Positions 46,750 through 57,288 of a stretch of DNA of 64,000 bases are shown here, piece by piece. The position numbers and the translations under genes are program-made. Each line of letters begins with the position of its first letter. The first letter of the stretch is position 1. Under the pieces are notes generated by a model. That model was not told the origin of the DNA and ran no database searches. It was given only the letters and a program-made list of their open reading frames with translations. The DNA is from an uncultured candidatus Porisulfidus sp. GTDB lineage: Bacteria > Pseudomonadota > Gammaproteobacteria > Poriferisulfidales > Poriferisulfidaceae. The stretch lies in the NCBI GenBank assembly GCA_965199755.1, contig CBDASZ010000001.1:673509-737508 (forward strand). The letters run 5' to 3'.

Positions 46750-47649
46750 TTATTTCTTGGTGATCTCTTCAAGTTGCTTGGCACGAATAATCTGCCCATT
46801 TAGCCCGGCTTCCTTACTACTTTTGCCATAAGCCACGGCCATCAGAGTGCTGTAATACGTCACCGGAATGTTGAACTTGGTGCCATAGGTCTTGTTGATC
46901 TGATTCTGGTACACCTCAACGTTCATCTGACACACCGGACAGGGCGTGACGATCATGTCGGCACCACCGTCGTAGGCCGCTTCAATGATTTCCTTGATCA
47001 GAGCCTGACTTTTTTCCGGCTCTGAGAATGCCAGCGCACCGCCACAGCAGGACACCTTCCGGTCGTAGTCATCGACCGCGTCAGCTCCAAGCGTCTCAAT
47101 GAACTTGTCAAGATATTTCGGGTTTTCAAAAGACTCGCCTTCGATGCCGAACGGGCGGTTGGTCTGGCAGCCGACATAGCCGGCGATTTTGATGCCTTCA
47201 AGGGGGCGGGTGACATGGCTGCCGATTTCTTCGTAGCCAATATCTTCAACCAGCACTTCGACCATGTGCCGGATGGGGTTCTCATTTTTGAACTCCAGCC
47301 CAGCTTCTTTCAGCGCCTGATTGGTCTCAGCCATGAGGCCGTCGTCCTCATCGAGACGTTCCGCTGTCTCACGTGTGGCCAGCCAGCATGCGGCGCAAGT
47401 CGCGACTACATCCTGTCCTGGGTTATGTTTCTCGGACAAGGCCAAATTGCGTGCAGACAGTGTCAGTCGCGGCAATTCACCACCGCCACACCAGCCGATA
47501 GAGGCGGAGCAGCAGTTCCAGTCCGGGATGGTATTGAGTTTGATATCCAGTTCTTCACACATCGCCTCGACTGAGGTCAGATAGTTAGAGGAGGAGGCTG
47601 CCTGCTGGGAGGAGCATCCAGGATAAAACGAGTATTCGTGCTTGGCCAT
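46750..47649 (-). CDS. hdrB: Heterodisulfide reductase subunit B-like protein (two CCG cysteine-rich domains)
   Basis: Starts MAKHEYSFYPGCS; CCG motifs (NCCSASIGWCGGG, VSCCGGALAF, TPCPVCQMN); ORF trimmed to the internal Met to avoid a 110-nt overlap with hdrC. Confidence 0.8.
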   Translation of the reverse strand: MAKHEYSFYPGCSSQQAASSSNYLTSVEAMCEELDIKLNTIPDWNCCSASIGWCGGGELPRLTLSARNLALSEKHNPGQDVVATCAACWLATRETAERLDEDDGLMAETNQALKEAGLEFKNENPIRHMVEVLVEDIGYEEIGSHVTRPLEGIKIAGYVGCQTNRPFGIEGESFENPKYLDKFIETLGADAVDDYDRKVSCCGGALAFSEPEKSQALIKEIIEAAYDGGADMIVTPCPVCQMNVEVYQNQINKTYGTKFNIPVTYYSTLMAVAYGKSSKEAGLNGQIIRAKQLEEITKK

Positions 47650-47659
47650 TGTGAGGTCC

Positions 47660-48292
47660 TCAGGATGGAGGGTTCTGGTTGAGGCGTGCGTCTTCGAGTT
47701 CCTGCGCTTTTTGCAGCATGGCATGGAAGCCGCTTTTGTCCTTGACCTTGTGGCCGGAGAAGAACTCAAATGGGCTGAGGCGACGACTACGCAGCATACC
47801 GAGGCCGACCATCTTCATTTTCCACGCGGTTTTGATGCCGGCAGAGAGGCCGTTCATAAAGTATAGGCGCAGCGCCAGTCGGGCTTCATTGACGCGCCCT
47901 TTATTTGCCAGATTGTCCCAGAAAATCATGGAGAACTTGTACGTCGGTTGCTGCTTGGGCACAAGCCCCAAACGGCGAGCGTAATGCGCCAGCCCGTGCA
48001 TGATGTGCGTGATCGGCAGTTCGCGTGGGCAGCGCACGATGCAGTTGTAGCAGGAGGTGCACATCCACATGGAAGTCGATTGCAGCACTTCTTCGCGCTT
48101 GTTGGCGCGAATCATCATAAACAGTTCCTGCGGAGGATGATCCCAGTGCGATCCCAGCGGACAGGAGCCAGAGCAGACGCCGCACTGAATACACATCTTG
48201 ACCCATTCACCTTCCTCGACATTGTCGCCGACTTCCCGCAAGAAGTTGTTGCGGTAGTGTTCGATCATCTCGACGTTCAGGGCTTCACTCAT
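47660..48292 (-). CDS. hdrC: Heterodisulfide reductase subunit C-like 2x[4Fe-4S] protein
   Basis: CIQCGVCSGSCP and CTSCYNCIVRCP ferredoxin motifs; 210 aa. Confidence 0.8.
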   Translation of the reverse strand: MSEALNVEMIEHYRNNFLREVGDNVEEGEWVKMCIQCGVCSGSCPLGSHWDHPPQELFMMIRANKREEVLQSTSMWMCTSCYNCIVRCPRELPITHIMHGLAHYARRLGLVPKQQPTYKFSMIFWDNLANKGRVNEARLALRLYFMNGLSAGIKTAWKMKMVGLGMLRSRRLSPFEFFSGHKVKDKSGFHAMLQKAQELEDARLNQNPPS

Positions 48293-48300
48293 CAGGGCAC

Positions 48301-50562
48301 CTAGAATTTCAGAGAACTCATGCCAATGCGATCAATCGTATCAGCCATGTCGTTGATCAGTTGCGGAGCACGGTTAATGTCAGTAATCGCGACTTCGTGG
48401 GTGGCGACCCGTTCAGGCTCCAGGCCCAGCTGTTCCAGCGTATCATCGATTTTACTCATGCGATAGTGCGCCATTTCCGATCCCTTGACGAAATGACACT
48501 GGTAGTTTTCGCCTTTCTGACAGCCCATCAACACGACGCCGTCAAACCCGCTGTTGAGTGCGTCGGTCACCCAGATGGTATTGACTGAACCCAGACAGCG
48601 TACCGGAATGACGCGGCTGAAAGCACTGTATTCCTGACCGCTTCTAGCCGCCATGTCGAGCGCGGGATAGGCGTCGTTCTCACAAGCCAGCACTAGAATG
48701 CGCGGCTTCTCGTCAAACTCGTCGGGCACATCCACATTCTTGATCTGCTGGCCGATAGTGTCGACGGAATAGTTTTCAAATGAGATCACGCGAACCGGGC
48801 AGGCCCCCATGCACGTGCCGCAACGGCGGCAGCGAGACTCGTTAAATTGCGGGTAGCGCTTCTCGTCTTCGTCAATCGCGCCGAACGGGCACTCCACTGT
48901 GCAGCGCTTGCACTGGGTGCATCCTTCACGACGGAAGCTCGGAAAACTCAAGTCGCCAGAGCGTGGATGCGCGGCGCGGCCGAGCCCGGCGTTTTCAATC
49001 GCCTGAATTGCTTTGAGCGTGGCACCCATAGAGTCTTCGCGCGCCTGCAGCATGTCCATCGGACGGCGGGTAGGGCCGGCCAGGTAAATGCCAGTGCGTC
49101 GCGTCTCATAAGGGAAGCAGATGAAATGCGAATCCGCAAACCCGTGCGCGAGCTGCGGCACATCAGTTCCCTGACGATAGCCCAAGTTGAGAATGGACTC
49201 TACCGGTACAGTGGAGACGGAAACCGGACCAGCGCCATTGCCGCTTTCTTCTCCACCTTCCTCTTTCTCCTCAGCCGCCGCTTGTTCCGGGTCAATGCCG
49301 GCATTGGCGACCAGACCGGTCGCCAGTACGACCATGTCAAATGGCGCGGTGATCTCCTCATCAAGAATTAGATCGCGGAAGGTGACGTCAAGCGCCGTGC
49401 CAGACACACTCACTCTGCTGGCGATGCCCTTGGTGAAGATCACGCCCTTGTTTTGTCCGCTGCGATAAAAGTCTTCACCCGCCGAGCCTGGAGTGCGCAG
49501 ATCGGTGTACAGCACGGTGGTGTCCGCCTGCGGGTTGCCCTCCAGAAAATACATCGCCTGCTTGATGCTGGCGTTGCAGCAGAAACCGGAGCAATAGGGT
49601 AAGTGGCCGGGCTTTTCGCTGCGCTGTCCGGCGCATTGAATGAACAGCACATTGGCCACTTCTCGCCCATCAGAGGGACGGCAAAGTGGTTTCCCGTCTG
49701 CCTCACGGGCCAGCAGTTCAAGTTCCGCTTGTGTTACGACATCCGGGCTGTCGGCGTATGCGAACTCCGGCAAGTTGTTGGCGTCATAAGGTCGGAATCC
49801 GCTAGCCTGCACGATGGCACCAAATGTCGCCCGCGTGGTGGCACCGGATTCAGTAGTCAGGTCTACATCGAAACGTCCCGGAGCACCTTCGGTCCGGGTG
49901 ACCGTGGTGCGTGTCAGCACCGTGATGCGATCGTTGGAGAGGACATTGGAAATGAGCGCGTCCATGTCAGTGACTTCCGGGTCGGAATAGGGACTGCGCT
50001 GCGGAATACGGCGATGCAGCTGGGCGGCCTGTCCGCCGAGGTCAGGGGATTTCTCAACCAGCGTGGCGGAGTAGCCGGCACGCGCCGCTTCAATCGCGGA
50101 CGTCAGTCCGGTCAGGCCCCCACCGACCACCAGCAGTTGCCGGTTCAGGCTTTGCTCCGCGCTCGGACTTGGGGGAGTGAGATGATGCGCTTCGGCGCAG
50201 CCCATGCGCAGGTAGTCGGCCGCCATCTCTTGTGTGGTCTCGCGGGCCTCTTCGTTATCGGGGCGAATCCAGATCACGCCTTCGCGCAGATTGACGCGGG
50301 AGACGGCCAGATCATCAAAGCGAAAAGCCTCGGTCTTGGCACGGCGCGAGCAGGCACCGAGCACCGCATGGGTGATCTCACCGGAGTCAATATCCGCCTG
50401 AATGGCCGCCACGCCTTCTGCCGAGCACAGAAACTCGTGCTGCACCACGCGCGGGACCTTGCATTCATTGGTGACGACTTTCTCCAGTTCGTCCATATCC
50501 AGCCGTTCGGCCAGCCCGCAGCCGCCGCACAGATAAGCAGAAATTTTGGCGTCTGCACTCAT
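48301..50562 (-). CDS. qmoB: QmoB-like flavoprotein (HdrA-related; FAD-binding and 4Fe-4S domains plus a C-terminal MvhD-like domain), 753 aa
   Basis: Rossmann VVGGGLTGLTSAIEAARAG; CxxCxxCxxxCP motifs; C-terminal LVLACENDAYPALDMAARSG...GCQKGENYQCHF is MvhD-like. Confidence 0.8.
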   Translation of the reverse strand: MSADAKISAYLCGGCGLAERLDMDELEKVVTNECKVPRVVQHEFLCSAEGVAAIQADIDSGEITHAVLGACSRRAKTEAFRFDDLAVSRVNLREGVIWIRPDNEEARETTQEMAADYLRMGCAEAHHLTPPSPSAEQSLNRQLLVVGGGLTGLTSAIEAARAGYSATLVEKSPDLGGQAAQLHRRIPQRSPYSDPEVTDMDALISNVLSNDRITVLTRTTVTRTEGAPGRFDVDLTTESGATTRATFGAIVQASGFRPYDANNLPEFAYADSPDVVTQAELELLAREADGKPLCRPSDGREVANVLFIQCAGQRSEKPGHLPYCSGFCCNASIKQAMYFLEGNPQADTTVLYTDLRTPGSAGEDFYRSGQNKGVIFTKGIASRVSVSGTALDVTFRDLILDEEITAPFDMVVLATGLVANAGIDPEQAAAEEKEEGGEESGNGAGPVSVSTVPVESILNLGYRQGTDVPQLAHGFADSHFICFPYETRRTGIYLAGPTRRPMDMLQAREDSMGATLKAIQAIENAGLGRAAHPRSGDLSFPSFRREGCTQCKRCTVECPFGAIDEDEKRYPQFNESRCRRCGTCMGACPVRVISFENYSVDTIGQQIKNVDVPDEFDEKPRILVLACENDAYPALDMAARSGQEYSAFSRVIPVRCLGSVNTIWVTDALNSGFDGVVLMGCQKGENYQCHFVKGSEMAHYRMSKIDDTLEQLGLEPERVATHEVAITDINRAPQLINDMADTIDRIGMSSLKF

Positions 50563-51866
50563 TGCGAGGCCTCCGAGGCAGCCACCTTGTTCACCACCTG
50601 AATGGCGCGCAGGGAAGCGGCAGTCGCGCTTTGTACGGAGCGGTTTACATCCAGCGCTTCACTGGAGCAGCCAGCGGCGAAGATGCCGTCGGAGCCGTCC
50701 AGTTCCATAAAGCCGTCCTGATTGACGGCGACCTCTACCGGAAACGCATCACGCGGCACGGAAGGTTCCATGCCGATAGCGAGCACCACCAGGTCATGCG
50801 GGGTCTCATAGCGGTGATAGCCTTCGGTATCAACGCCCTTGCAAATGGGGTTTTGGGATTCGGGGTCAACGTCAATGCGCGCGACCTTGGACTTGATGAA
50901 CTGAATGTTGGGATCGTTCTGCACGTTGCGGTAGAAGTCCTCGAAGCGATCAATGGCGCGAATATCAATGTAGTAGATAGTTGCCTTGCCGTCCTCACCG
51001 AATTGTTCGCGCAGGTACGTGCTCTGCTTGAGCGAGGCCATGCAGCAGATACGGGAGCAATGGCGCAGATGATTGCGATCGCGGGATCCGGCGCACTGAA
51101 TAAATGCAATATCGCGGGCTTCGCGACCATCGGAAGGACGCAGCAACTTGCCGCCGGTTGGCCCGAAGGGATCCATCATGCGTTCCATTTCAACGCTGGT
51201 GATCACATTGTCGATGCGGTCATAGCCGTACGGGTGAATGCGCGCAGCGTCATACGGACGCCAGCCGGTCGCCCACACGATCGCGCCAGCCTTGAGTTGC
51301 ACCACTTCTTCTTTCATATCGAGATCAATGGCATCGTAACGGCAAGCGTCGCGGGCGCGTTCTGCATCCTCAGTGCCGATAATTCGCGGATCCAGCACGT
51401 ACTGCTGCGGATGGGCCATGTTGTACGGCAGCCACGCGCCTTTGCGCTGGCTCATGTTGTAATTGAACTCATCATCGAAAGTTGCTTCCACCGCGCGTTC
51501 GCAATCCCCGCACGCGGTGCATTTGCTGTTGACGTAACGCGGTGACAGTTTCACATTCAGTGTGTAGTCGCCAGCCTGACCGTCCACGGAGACCACTTCC
51601 GCCAGCGTCAGGATGTCCAGACGCGGGTTGGCTTTGACGCGGCGCTGATTGATTTCCAGCCCGCAGGTGGGATGGCACAGTTTCGGGAAGTACTTGTATA
51701 ACTGCGTGATGCGCCCGCCAATGAACGGGCGTTTTTCTATCAGGACGACATCCTTGCCGGTCTCGGCGGCCTCCAAAGCAGCGGTGATGCCGCTGATGCC
51801 CGCACCGATGACCGCGATAGTCTGATTGGTGGCGATGATGTCCGTATCAGGCATGATGCACGGCAT
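50559..51866 (-). CDS. qmoA: QmoA-like flavoprotein (HdrA-related), 435 aa
   Basis: IAVIGAGISGITAALEAAETG FAD motif and CTACGDC cluster motif; 4-nt overlap with qmoB. Confidence 0.8.
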   Translation of the reverse strand: MPCIMPDTDIIATNQTIAVIGAGISGITAALEAAETGKDVVLIEKRPFIGGRITQLYKYFPKLCHPTCGLEINQRRVKANPRLDILTLAEVVSVDGQAGDYTLNVKLSPRYVNSKCTACGDCERAVEATFDDEFNYNMSQRKGAWLPYNMAHPQQYVLDPRIIGTEDAERARDACRYDAIDLDMKEEVVQLKAGAIVWATGWRPYDAARIHPYGYDRIDNVITSVEMERMMDPFGPTGGKLLRPSDGREARDIAFIQCAGSRDRNHLRHCSRICCMASLKQSTYLREQFGEDGKATIYYIDIRAIDRFEDFYRNVQNDPNIQFIKSKVARIDVDPESQNPICKGVDTEGYHRYETPHDLVVLAIGMEPSVPRDAFPVEVAVNQDGFMELDGSDGIFAAGCSSEALDVNRSVQSATAASLRAIQVVNKVAASEASQ

Positions 51867-51883
51867 TATACTTGTGCGGCCAT

Positions 51884-52861
51884 TTACTCCGTTGCGGACA
51901 CCGACTGAAACGGAGCACGATAAGTGAATGCGCCGGAGGATTGTTCGCTGGCATGATAGGACGAACGCACCAGCGGACCGCTCGCCACCTGCGAGAAACC
52001 CATCACGCGCGCCTCATCACCAAGCGCCTCGAATTCCTGCGGCGTGACATAGCGCATTACCGGATAATGATGTCGGGTCGGCTGCAGGTACTGGCCCAAA
52101 GTCAGCATCTGACATCCCGCATCGCGCAGATCGTGCAACACCGCGCGCACTTGCGCGAGCGTCTCTCCCAAACCCAGCATCAGCCCGGACTTGGTCGGCA
52201 TCTGCGGATGCGCGTCGCCGAACTGGCGCAGCAAGTTCAGCGAGTGCTGGTAGTCCGCGCCGGGTCGCACTGCGGGATACTGCTGCGGCACGGTTTCCAG
52301 GTTGTGATTGAACACATCAGGAGGAGCGGCGGCCAGAGCCACCAACGCCTGCGGCATGCGTCCGCGAAAATCAGGAGTCAAAATCTCAATTCGTGTTTGC
52401 GGCGTGTGCGCACGTATGGCATCGACGCATTGCGCGAAGTGCGCGCTACCGCCGTCATACAAATCATCCCGATCCACTGAAGTCAGCACCACATAATCCA
52501 GCCGCAGCGCGGCGATCGCGCGCGCGAGACGTTGCGGCTCATCGGCATCCACCGGCAGCGGGCGACCATGCGCGACATCACAGAAAGCGCAGCGGCGCGT
52601 ACAGACGTCGCCCAGAATCATAAAGGTGGCGGTGCCGCCGCCGAAGCATTCAGGAAGGTTGGGGCAGGACGCCTCCTCGCACACGGTATGCAGCGAATGC
52701 GCGCGCAGCAATTCGCGTGTCTCACGCACGCGGGTGTTGTGTGTCAGACGAATGCGCAGCCATTCGGGCTTGCGCGGCAGCGGGGGCGGAGCCGGCGGCG
52801 CGACGCGGATGCGCGAGAGTTTTTGTTGGGCGCTTTGCTTGATACCGGCAGGAAGGCTCAT
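51884..52861 (-). CDS. lipA: Lipoyl synthase
   Basis: Radical-SAM CTRRCAFC motif and N-terminal [12 protein letters not shown] cluster motif; 325 aa. Confidence 0.93.
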   Translation of the reverse strand: MSLPAGIKQSAQQKLSRIRVAPPAPPPLPRKPEWLRIRLTHNTRVRETRELLRAHSLHTVCEEASCPNLPECFGGGTATFMILGDVCTRRCAFCDVAHGRPLPVDADEPQRLARAIAALRLDYVVLTSVDRDDLYDGGSAHFAQCVDAIRAHTPQTRIEILTPDFRGRMPQALVALAAAPPDVFNHNLETVPQQYPAVRPGADYQHSLNLLRQFGDAHPQMPTKSGLMLGLGETLAQVRAVLHDLRDAGCQMLTLGQYLQPTRHHYPVMRYVTPQEFEALGDEARVMGFSQVASGPLVRSSYHASEQSSGAFTYRAPFQSVSATE

Positions 52862-53493
52862 GCGGGCATCCGATCCTGATAAAGGCGATGCAACAGATGC
52901 GGGAGCAGTCGCTGTGCCGTTTGCTCCACACTCAGCGTAAGGTCATGCTCATGCAGGCTGGTCACGCTGAGATCCGGGTCGCCGCAGACGCAGAACTTCC
53001 GAAACAAGCTGAGATCCGGCGCAACGTTGAGCGCCAGACCGTGTGAGCTGTGACCGCGACTGATGCGCAAGCCGATGGAAGCAATCTTCTGTGCGCCGAC
53101 GTACACGCCGGGCTGTCCCTCCTGACGGCGGCCAGCCAGCCCCAGCTCGTCAAGCAAGTCCTGAATCGATTTTTCCAAAGTTGCGACCAGCGAGCGTACG
53201 CCCAGCTGCACGCGTTTGAGGTTCAGCACCGCGTAGACAACAAGTTGACCCGGCCCGTGACACGTGGCTTGTCCGCCGCGTTCGCTGCGTACAACAGGAA
53301 CCTCACAGTCCGCGGGAACGTGCGCGGAGTCGCCCCCCACGCCGACAGTGATCACTTGCGGGTGTTGCAGCAGCCAGAACTCATCAGCGCTGGCGTCATC
53401 GCGTCGCGTCACAGTCTGGCGCATCGCATCCTGACATAAGGTGTAATCGACCAGCCCCAGGTGTCGCACGACAGGGGCAGGTAGGGCGTTCAT
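52858..53493 (-). CDS. lipB: Octanoyltransferase (lipoyl(octanoyl) transferase)
   Basis: 211 aa, [19 protein letters not shown] catalytic region; 4-nt overlap with lipA. Confidence 0.88.
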   Translation of the reverse strand: MNALPAPVVRHLGLVDYTLCQDAMRQTVTRRDDASADEFWLLQHPQVITVGVGGDSAHVPADCEVPVVRSERGGQATCHGPGQLVVYAVLNLKRVQLGVRSLVATLEKSIQDLLDELGLAGRRQEGQPGVYVGAQKIASIGLRISRGHSSHGLALNVAPDLSLFRKFCVCGDPDLSVTSLHEHDLTLSVEQTAQRLLPHLLHRLYQDRMPA

Positions 53494-54320
53494 GGGGTGC
53501 GGCAGTAGTCCTGATACCAGCGGCGCACCTGCTCGGTGACCGGGCCGATGGTGCCGTCGCGCACCGGCATGCTGTCGATTTCAGTGACCGGCATGATGCC
53601 GCGCGTCGAGCCGGTGACCCAGACTTCTTCCGCATGGCGCAACTCGTCCATGCTCAAGGGGCCTTCGCGATATTCTGTTTCGTGATCGCGCAGCAGTTGC
53701 AGGGTCAGTTTGCGGGTCACGCCCGGCAGGATTTTCGGGCTCAGTTCCGGGGTGTGGATCATGCCGTCGATAACGGCGAAGACGTTGCTGGTCGCGCCTT
53801 CTGTGACATGGCTTTCGCGATACAGAATGGCTTCACCAGCCTCCTGAGTGATCGCATTTTGTGTCGCCATGACGGTTTCCAGCAGCATGGTGGATTTGAT
53901 AAAGCAACGCCCCCAGCGCCGATCTTCGCGCGTGATGGCATGAATTTCTTCCGGCGGCTCTGTCAGTGGTTGCACCATGCCGAAGACTGTGGGCGCGCCG
54001 CGAGTGTAATTCTTGGTAATCGGTGAGGTACCTTCCGGCACGACGCCTCTTGTGACCTGCAGATACACAATGCAATCCGCATCGGGACTGGCATCAACCA
54101 GTTTCGTGACGATGCCCTCCCAGCTCTCGTGGGCCTGAATCTGCACGGCGGCGAGGCTGCTGCGCAACCGCGTGATGTGATCGCTGAGGCAGCGCGGGTG
54201 TTTTTGGAAGACCGGGATGATTTCGTAGATGCCGTCAGCGAACAGAAAGCCGCGATCCAGAATCGGGATCGTCAGCCCTTCCAGAGGCTGGTAGTCGCCG
54301 TTGAGATAGGCCGTGCTCAT
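53490..54320 (-). CDS. Class IV aminotransferase (D-amino-acid or branched-chain aminotransferase-like)
   Basis: ILDRGFLFADGIYEIIPV and EVWVTGSTRGIMPV motifs of fold-type IV PLP enzymes. Confidence 0.8.
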   Translation of the reverse strand: MSTAYLNGDYQPLEGLTIPILDRGFLFADGIYEIIPVFQKHPRCLSDHITRLRSSLAAVQIQAHESWEGIVTKLVDASPDADCIVYLQVTRGVVPEGTSPITKNYTRGAPTVFGMVQPLTEPPEEIHAITREDRRWGRCFIKSTMLLETVMATQNAITQEAGEAILYRESHVTEGATSNVFAVIDGMIHTPELSPKILPGVTRKLTLQLLRDHETEYREGPLSMDELRHAEEVWVTGSTRGIMPVTEIDSMPVRDGTIGPVTEQVRRWYQDYCRTP

Positions 54321-54324
54321 CAGA

Positions 54325-55473
54325 TCAGCGGGTCAGCAGGGCGAAGTAATCTTTCAGCCGGGTGAAGAAACTGCCTTCCTCAATATCCTGCAGCGCGACC
54401 GCCGGCACGGTGGCCAGCACCCGACCCTGGTGGCTGATTTCAAGGGTGCCGACTTCTTGGCCGCGCTGTACTGGCGCGTGCAATTCCGAATGCAGGATCC
54501 AGGTGTCTTTCAGTTCTTCACGAATGTTGAGCGGAAAAGTCATGACATGATCCTCGGCGATGCCGATAGGAACGCTGCGCTCATCAGAATACCACACCAG
54601 CGCTTTGGTTCGGGCCTCCATGCCGGTGTGCGTGACTTCGGTGCGGAAGAATCGAAACCCCCATTTCAGCAAAGCGCGCGTATCGCGGACCCGCATGGGG
54701 CCGTTTTTCGCCCCCAGCACAACCGAGATCAAACGCATGTCACCCAGGTCAGGGCGGTGGGCGCTGGCCGCCAGACAGTATTTGGCGGAACTGGTGTAGC
54801 CGGTCTTGATGCCGTCGACCGCGTTGTCCAGCCACAACAAACGATTGCGGTTGGGCTGCGTGATGTTGTTCCAGGTGTAATCGCGTTCCTTGAAGAGGCG
54901 GTAGTATTCGGGGTACTCCGCAATCAGCACGCGGGACAACTCAGCAATATCGCGCGCCGACATGTAATGATCCTTGCCGCCAAGACCGGAGGCGTCCACG
55001 AAGTGGCTTTGCGTTAGTCCCAGACGTTCCGCCTCCTGGTTCATCATCAGTGCGAAGGCTTCCTCGGTACCGGCAATGTGTTCGGCCAGCGCGATGCTGG
55101 CGTCATTCCCGGATTGCACAATGATGCCGCGCAACAGTTCAATCAACGGCACCTGACTGTTGGCTTCGACGAACATGCGCGAGCCGACCGCCTGTCGGGC
55201 GCGTCGACTGATCGTGACCGGCTCCTGTTCTGTGACCAGGCCATCGCGCAAAGCCTGGAGCACCAGATAGGTGGTCATGATTTTGGTTAGGCTGGCGGGT
55301 TCGTAGCGTTCATCCGCATGCGATTGCGCAAGCACCATGCCGGTTTGAGCGTCGAGCAGGATGTAAGCCTTGGAGCCCAGAGCGGGTGCCTTCGGGATCG
55401 GCAGATTGGCCGAAGCGGCACCGTGCAGACAGAGCAACAGGAAAAGAAGCGAAGTTCGGAGTGTCGAGTTCAT
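54325..55473 (-). CDS. dacA: D-alanyl-D-alanine carboxypeptidase (PBP5/6 family)
   Basis: Signal peptide; SLTKIMT (SxxK), SGN and KTG motifs. Confidence 0.88.
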   Translation of the reverse strand: MNSTLRTSLLFLLLCLHGAASANLPIPKAPALGSKAYILLDAQTGMVLAQSHADERYEPASLTKIMTTYLVLQALRDGLVTEQEPVTISRRARQAVGSRMFVEANSQVPLIELLRGIIVQSGNDASIALAEHIAGTEEAFALMMNQEAERLGLTQSHFVDASGLGGKDHYMSARDIAELSRVLIAEYPEYYRLFKERDYTWNNITQPNRNRLLWLDNAVDGIKTGYTSSAKYCLAASAHRPDLGDMRLISVVLGAKNGPMRVRDTRALLKWGFRFFRTEVTHTGMEARTKALVWYSDERSVPIGIAEDHVMTFPLNIREELKDTWILHSELHAPVQRGQEVGTLEISHQGRVLATVPAVALQDIEEGSFFTRLKDYFALLTR

Positions 55474-56315
55474 GGGGTTCTGGGAGGAAGAGAAATTGGG
55501 GTGACTTTAGTGACGCCAAGGGAACGAAGTTGTACTTCGGCTTGCTTTATCTGGCGTGCATTATGCAACGGGCCGTGCAGGACGCGATACAAATCATCAT
55601 CGCGCGTGCCGTGCCGCACCGACAGTTTTTTGGCACCGCGGCTTTTCAGCGTTTCGTAGAAATCAACCGCGTTGTCCCGTTCGCCAAACGCGGCCAGTTG
55701 CAAATAGATCCGATGCTGGCCGACCGCGGTGTCGCTCGGCCCTTGTAGGGTGCGCACCTCCACTTCCGCAACTCCGGCTTTCGCAACGCCAAGGACCTTG
55801 GCGGCTTTATAGGACAAATCAATGATGCGGCCTTCCTTGAACGGACCACGGTCATTGACGCGAAGTATGATTGACTTGCCGCTCTCCAGATGCGTGACTT
55901 CGACCCAACTCGGCAAGGGCAGGGTCTTGTGCGCGGCGGAGAGCTTGTACATGTCGAAGATCTCCTTGTTGGAGGTCTCCCGCCCATGGAAGTTCGGGCC
56001 GTACCAGGACGCCAGTCCCTGCTCGACGTAGCCGTCGGCGGAATCCAGCACGTGGTAGCGCACTCCCAGCGCCACATAACTCGGCGGATTGCCGTACAGG
56101 CTCAGCGGCTCTTCCGGCAGTTGACCCGGTGATGTCGTTCGCATGGCGAGTGCCACTTCTTTGGGTGGAGCGTAACCCCCCGACGCCTTAATCGGCTTGT
56201 GCTCCTTCTTGGTGCTGGTGTTTTGCGTGGGCTCCTCGGATAACCAGGGGAAGCTGCAGGACGCCACGAAAACTGCAAGCAGAAGCAGTAATGCGCGGTT
56301 ATTGCGGGACATCAC
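55470..56315 (-). CDS. rlpA: Septal ring lytic transglycosylase RlpA-like lipoprotein (DPBB plus SPOR domains)
   Basis: Lipobox LAVFVASC, DPBB region ASWYGPNFHGRETSNKE, C-terminal SPOR-like region. Confidence 0.85.
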   Translation of the reverse strand: MMSRNNRALLLLLAVFVASCSFPWLSEEPTQNTSTKKEHKPIKASGGYAPPKEVALAMRTTSPGQLPEEPLSLYGNPPSYVALGVRYHVLDSADGYVEQGLASWYGPNFHGRETSNKEIFDMYKLSAAHKTLPLPSWVEVTHLESGKSIILRVNDRGPFKEGRIIDLSYKAAKVLGVAKAGVAEVEVRTLQGPSDTAVGQHRIYLQLAAFGERDNAVDFYETLKSRGAKKLSVRHGTRDDDLYRVLHGPLHNARQIKQAEVQLRSLGVTKVTPISLPPRTP

Positions 56316-57288
56316 GCAGGGTTTCGCTCAACAGGTAGACGGCCAATGCGTACAAGGCGCTGTGATTGTATCGGGTAATGACGTAGAAGTTGTGGTGTCC
56401 GGCCCAGTATTCCATCCCCTCAGGCAACTCGAACGCATGCACGGAGACCGGGCTGAGTTGCGGGTGCTCCAGTTTAACCCCTGCCGCCTCCAGCTGCGCC
56501 GTCTCAATATCCGGCTTCAAGGCGTCGCTGACGGGGAGCGTGTCGGGGTCAGTGACCTCAAGTCGTTGCGCGATCGGCTCACCCAGACGCCAGCGGTGTT
56601 CCTTGAAGTAATTAGCCACGCTGGCGATGATGTCGGCTGGCGAGTCCCACAGATCGCGCTTGCCGTCGCCGTCACCATCCACCGCGAAATGACGGTAACT
56701 GCTGGGAATGAACTGGCCAAGCCCCATCGCGCCGGCCCAGGAGCCGTACATTTCCGGCACGCTCAACCCGGCTTCGCGCTCCAGCAGAAACAGATGCGTG
56801 ATCTGCTTGCGAAAGAAGTCAGCGCGCGGTGGGTAGTCAAAGCCCAGCGTCATTAATGCATCGAGCACGCGATGCTTGCCGACATTCTTGCCATAAAAGG
56901 TCTCCACGCCAATGATGGAGGCGATGATTTCCGCCTCCACGCCGTAGTCGCGCTCTGCCGCGGCGAACAAGTCAGCGTGCTTCTCAAGATAGGCGCGCCC
57001 GTCCGCGGTGCGCTGCGGGATCATAAAAATCTTGCGATAGCGATGCCAGGGCATGGACTCGGCAGGCTGCTTTGCATAGCCGATGACATCGCTGCGGTAG
57101 CGCGCGATCTTGATGATTTCTCGTATGTACCCTTCAGACAGCGAATGCTCTTCGGCCGTCTGCTGGATCCATTCCTGCACATCTGGGCGTTGCCAGAACG
57201 GAGTAGGGGTATCGTCGGACATGCCGCTGACGGGTGTGAGCGCGGCGAGCAGCGCAAGCCAGGTCGGAAGAGTACGCGGTGTCGGCAT
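56299..57288 (-). CDS. mltB: Lytic murein transglycosylase B-like protein
   Basis: ORF trimmed to the Met whose ATG overlaps the rodA stop; signal peptide MPTPRTLPTWLALLAALTPVSG; MltB/Slt35-like catalytic region. Confidence 0.8.
   Translation of the reverse strand: MPTPRTLPTWLALLAALTPVSGMSDDTPTPFWQRPDVQEWIQQTAEEHSLSEGYIREIIKIARYRSDVIGYAKQPAESMPWHRYRKIFMIPQRTADGRAYLEKHADLFAAAERDYGVEAEIIASIIGVETFYGKNVGKHRVLDALMTLGFDYPPRADFFRKQITHLFLLEREAGLSVPEMYGSWAGAMGLGQFIPSSYRHFAVDGDGDGKRDLWDSPADIIASVANYFKEHRWRLGEPIAQRLEVTDPDTLPVSDALKPDIETAQLEAAGVKLEHPQLSPVSVHAFELPEGMEYWAGHHNFYVITRYNHSALYALAVYLLSETLRDVPQ

Noticed and set aside
47650-47769. Longer HdrB start (ORF begins at 47769) overlapping hdrC by 110 nt
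   Set aside because: The extension (MSSSPATRSRTKAAS…) is low-complexity and overlaps the conserved C-terminus of HdrC. The Met at 47649 begins the conserved MAKHEYSFYPGCS HdrB N-terminus.
51852-51883. TATAAT-like element just upstream of qmoA, which would make qmoA an independent transcription unit
   Set aside because: There is no acceptable -35 at a 16-18 nt spacing, and the element lies in the 17-nt lipA-qmoA gap. I cannot separate a promoter from chance, so it is noted only as something to test under the lipA-qmo finding.
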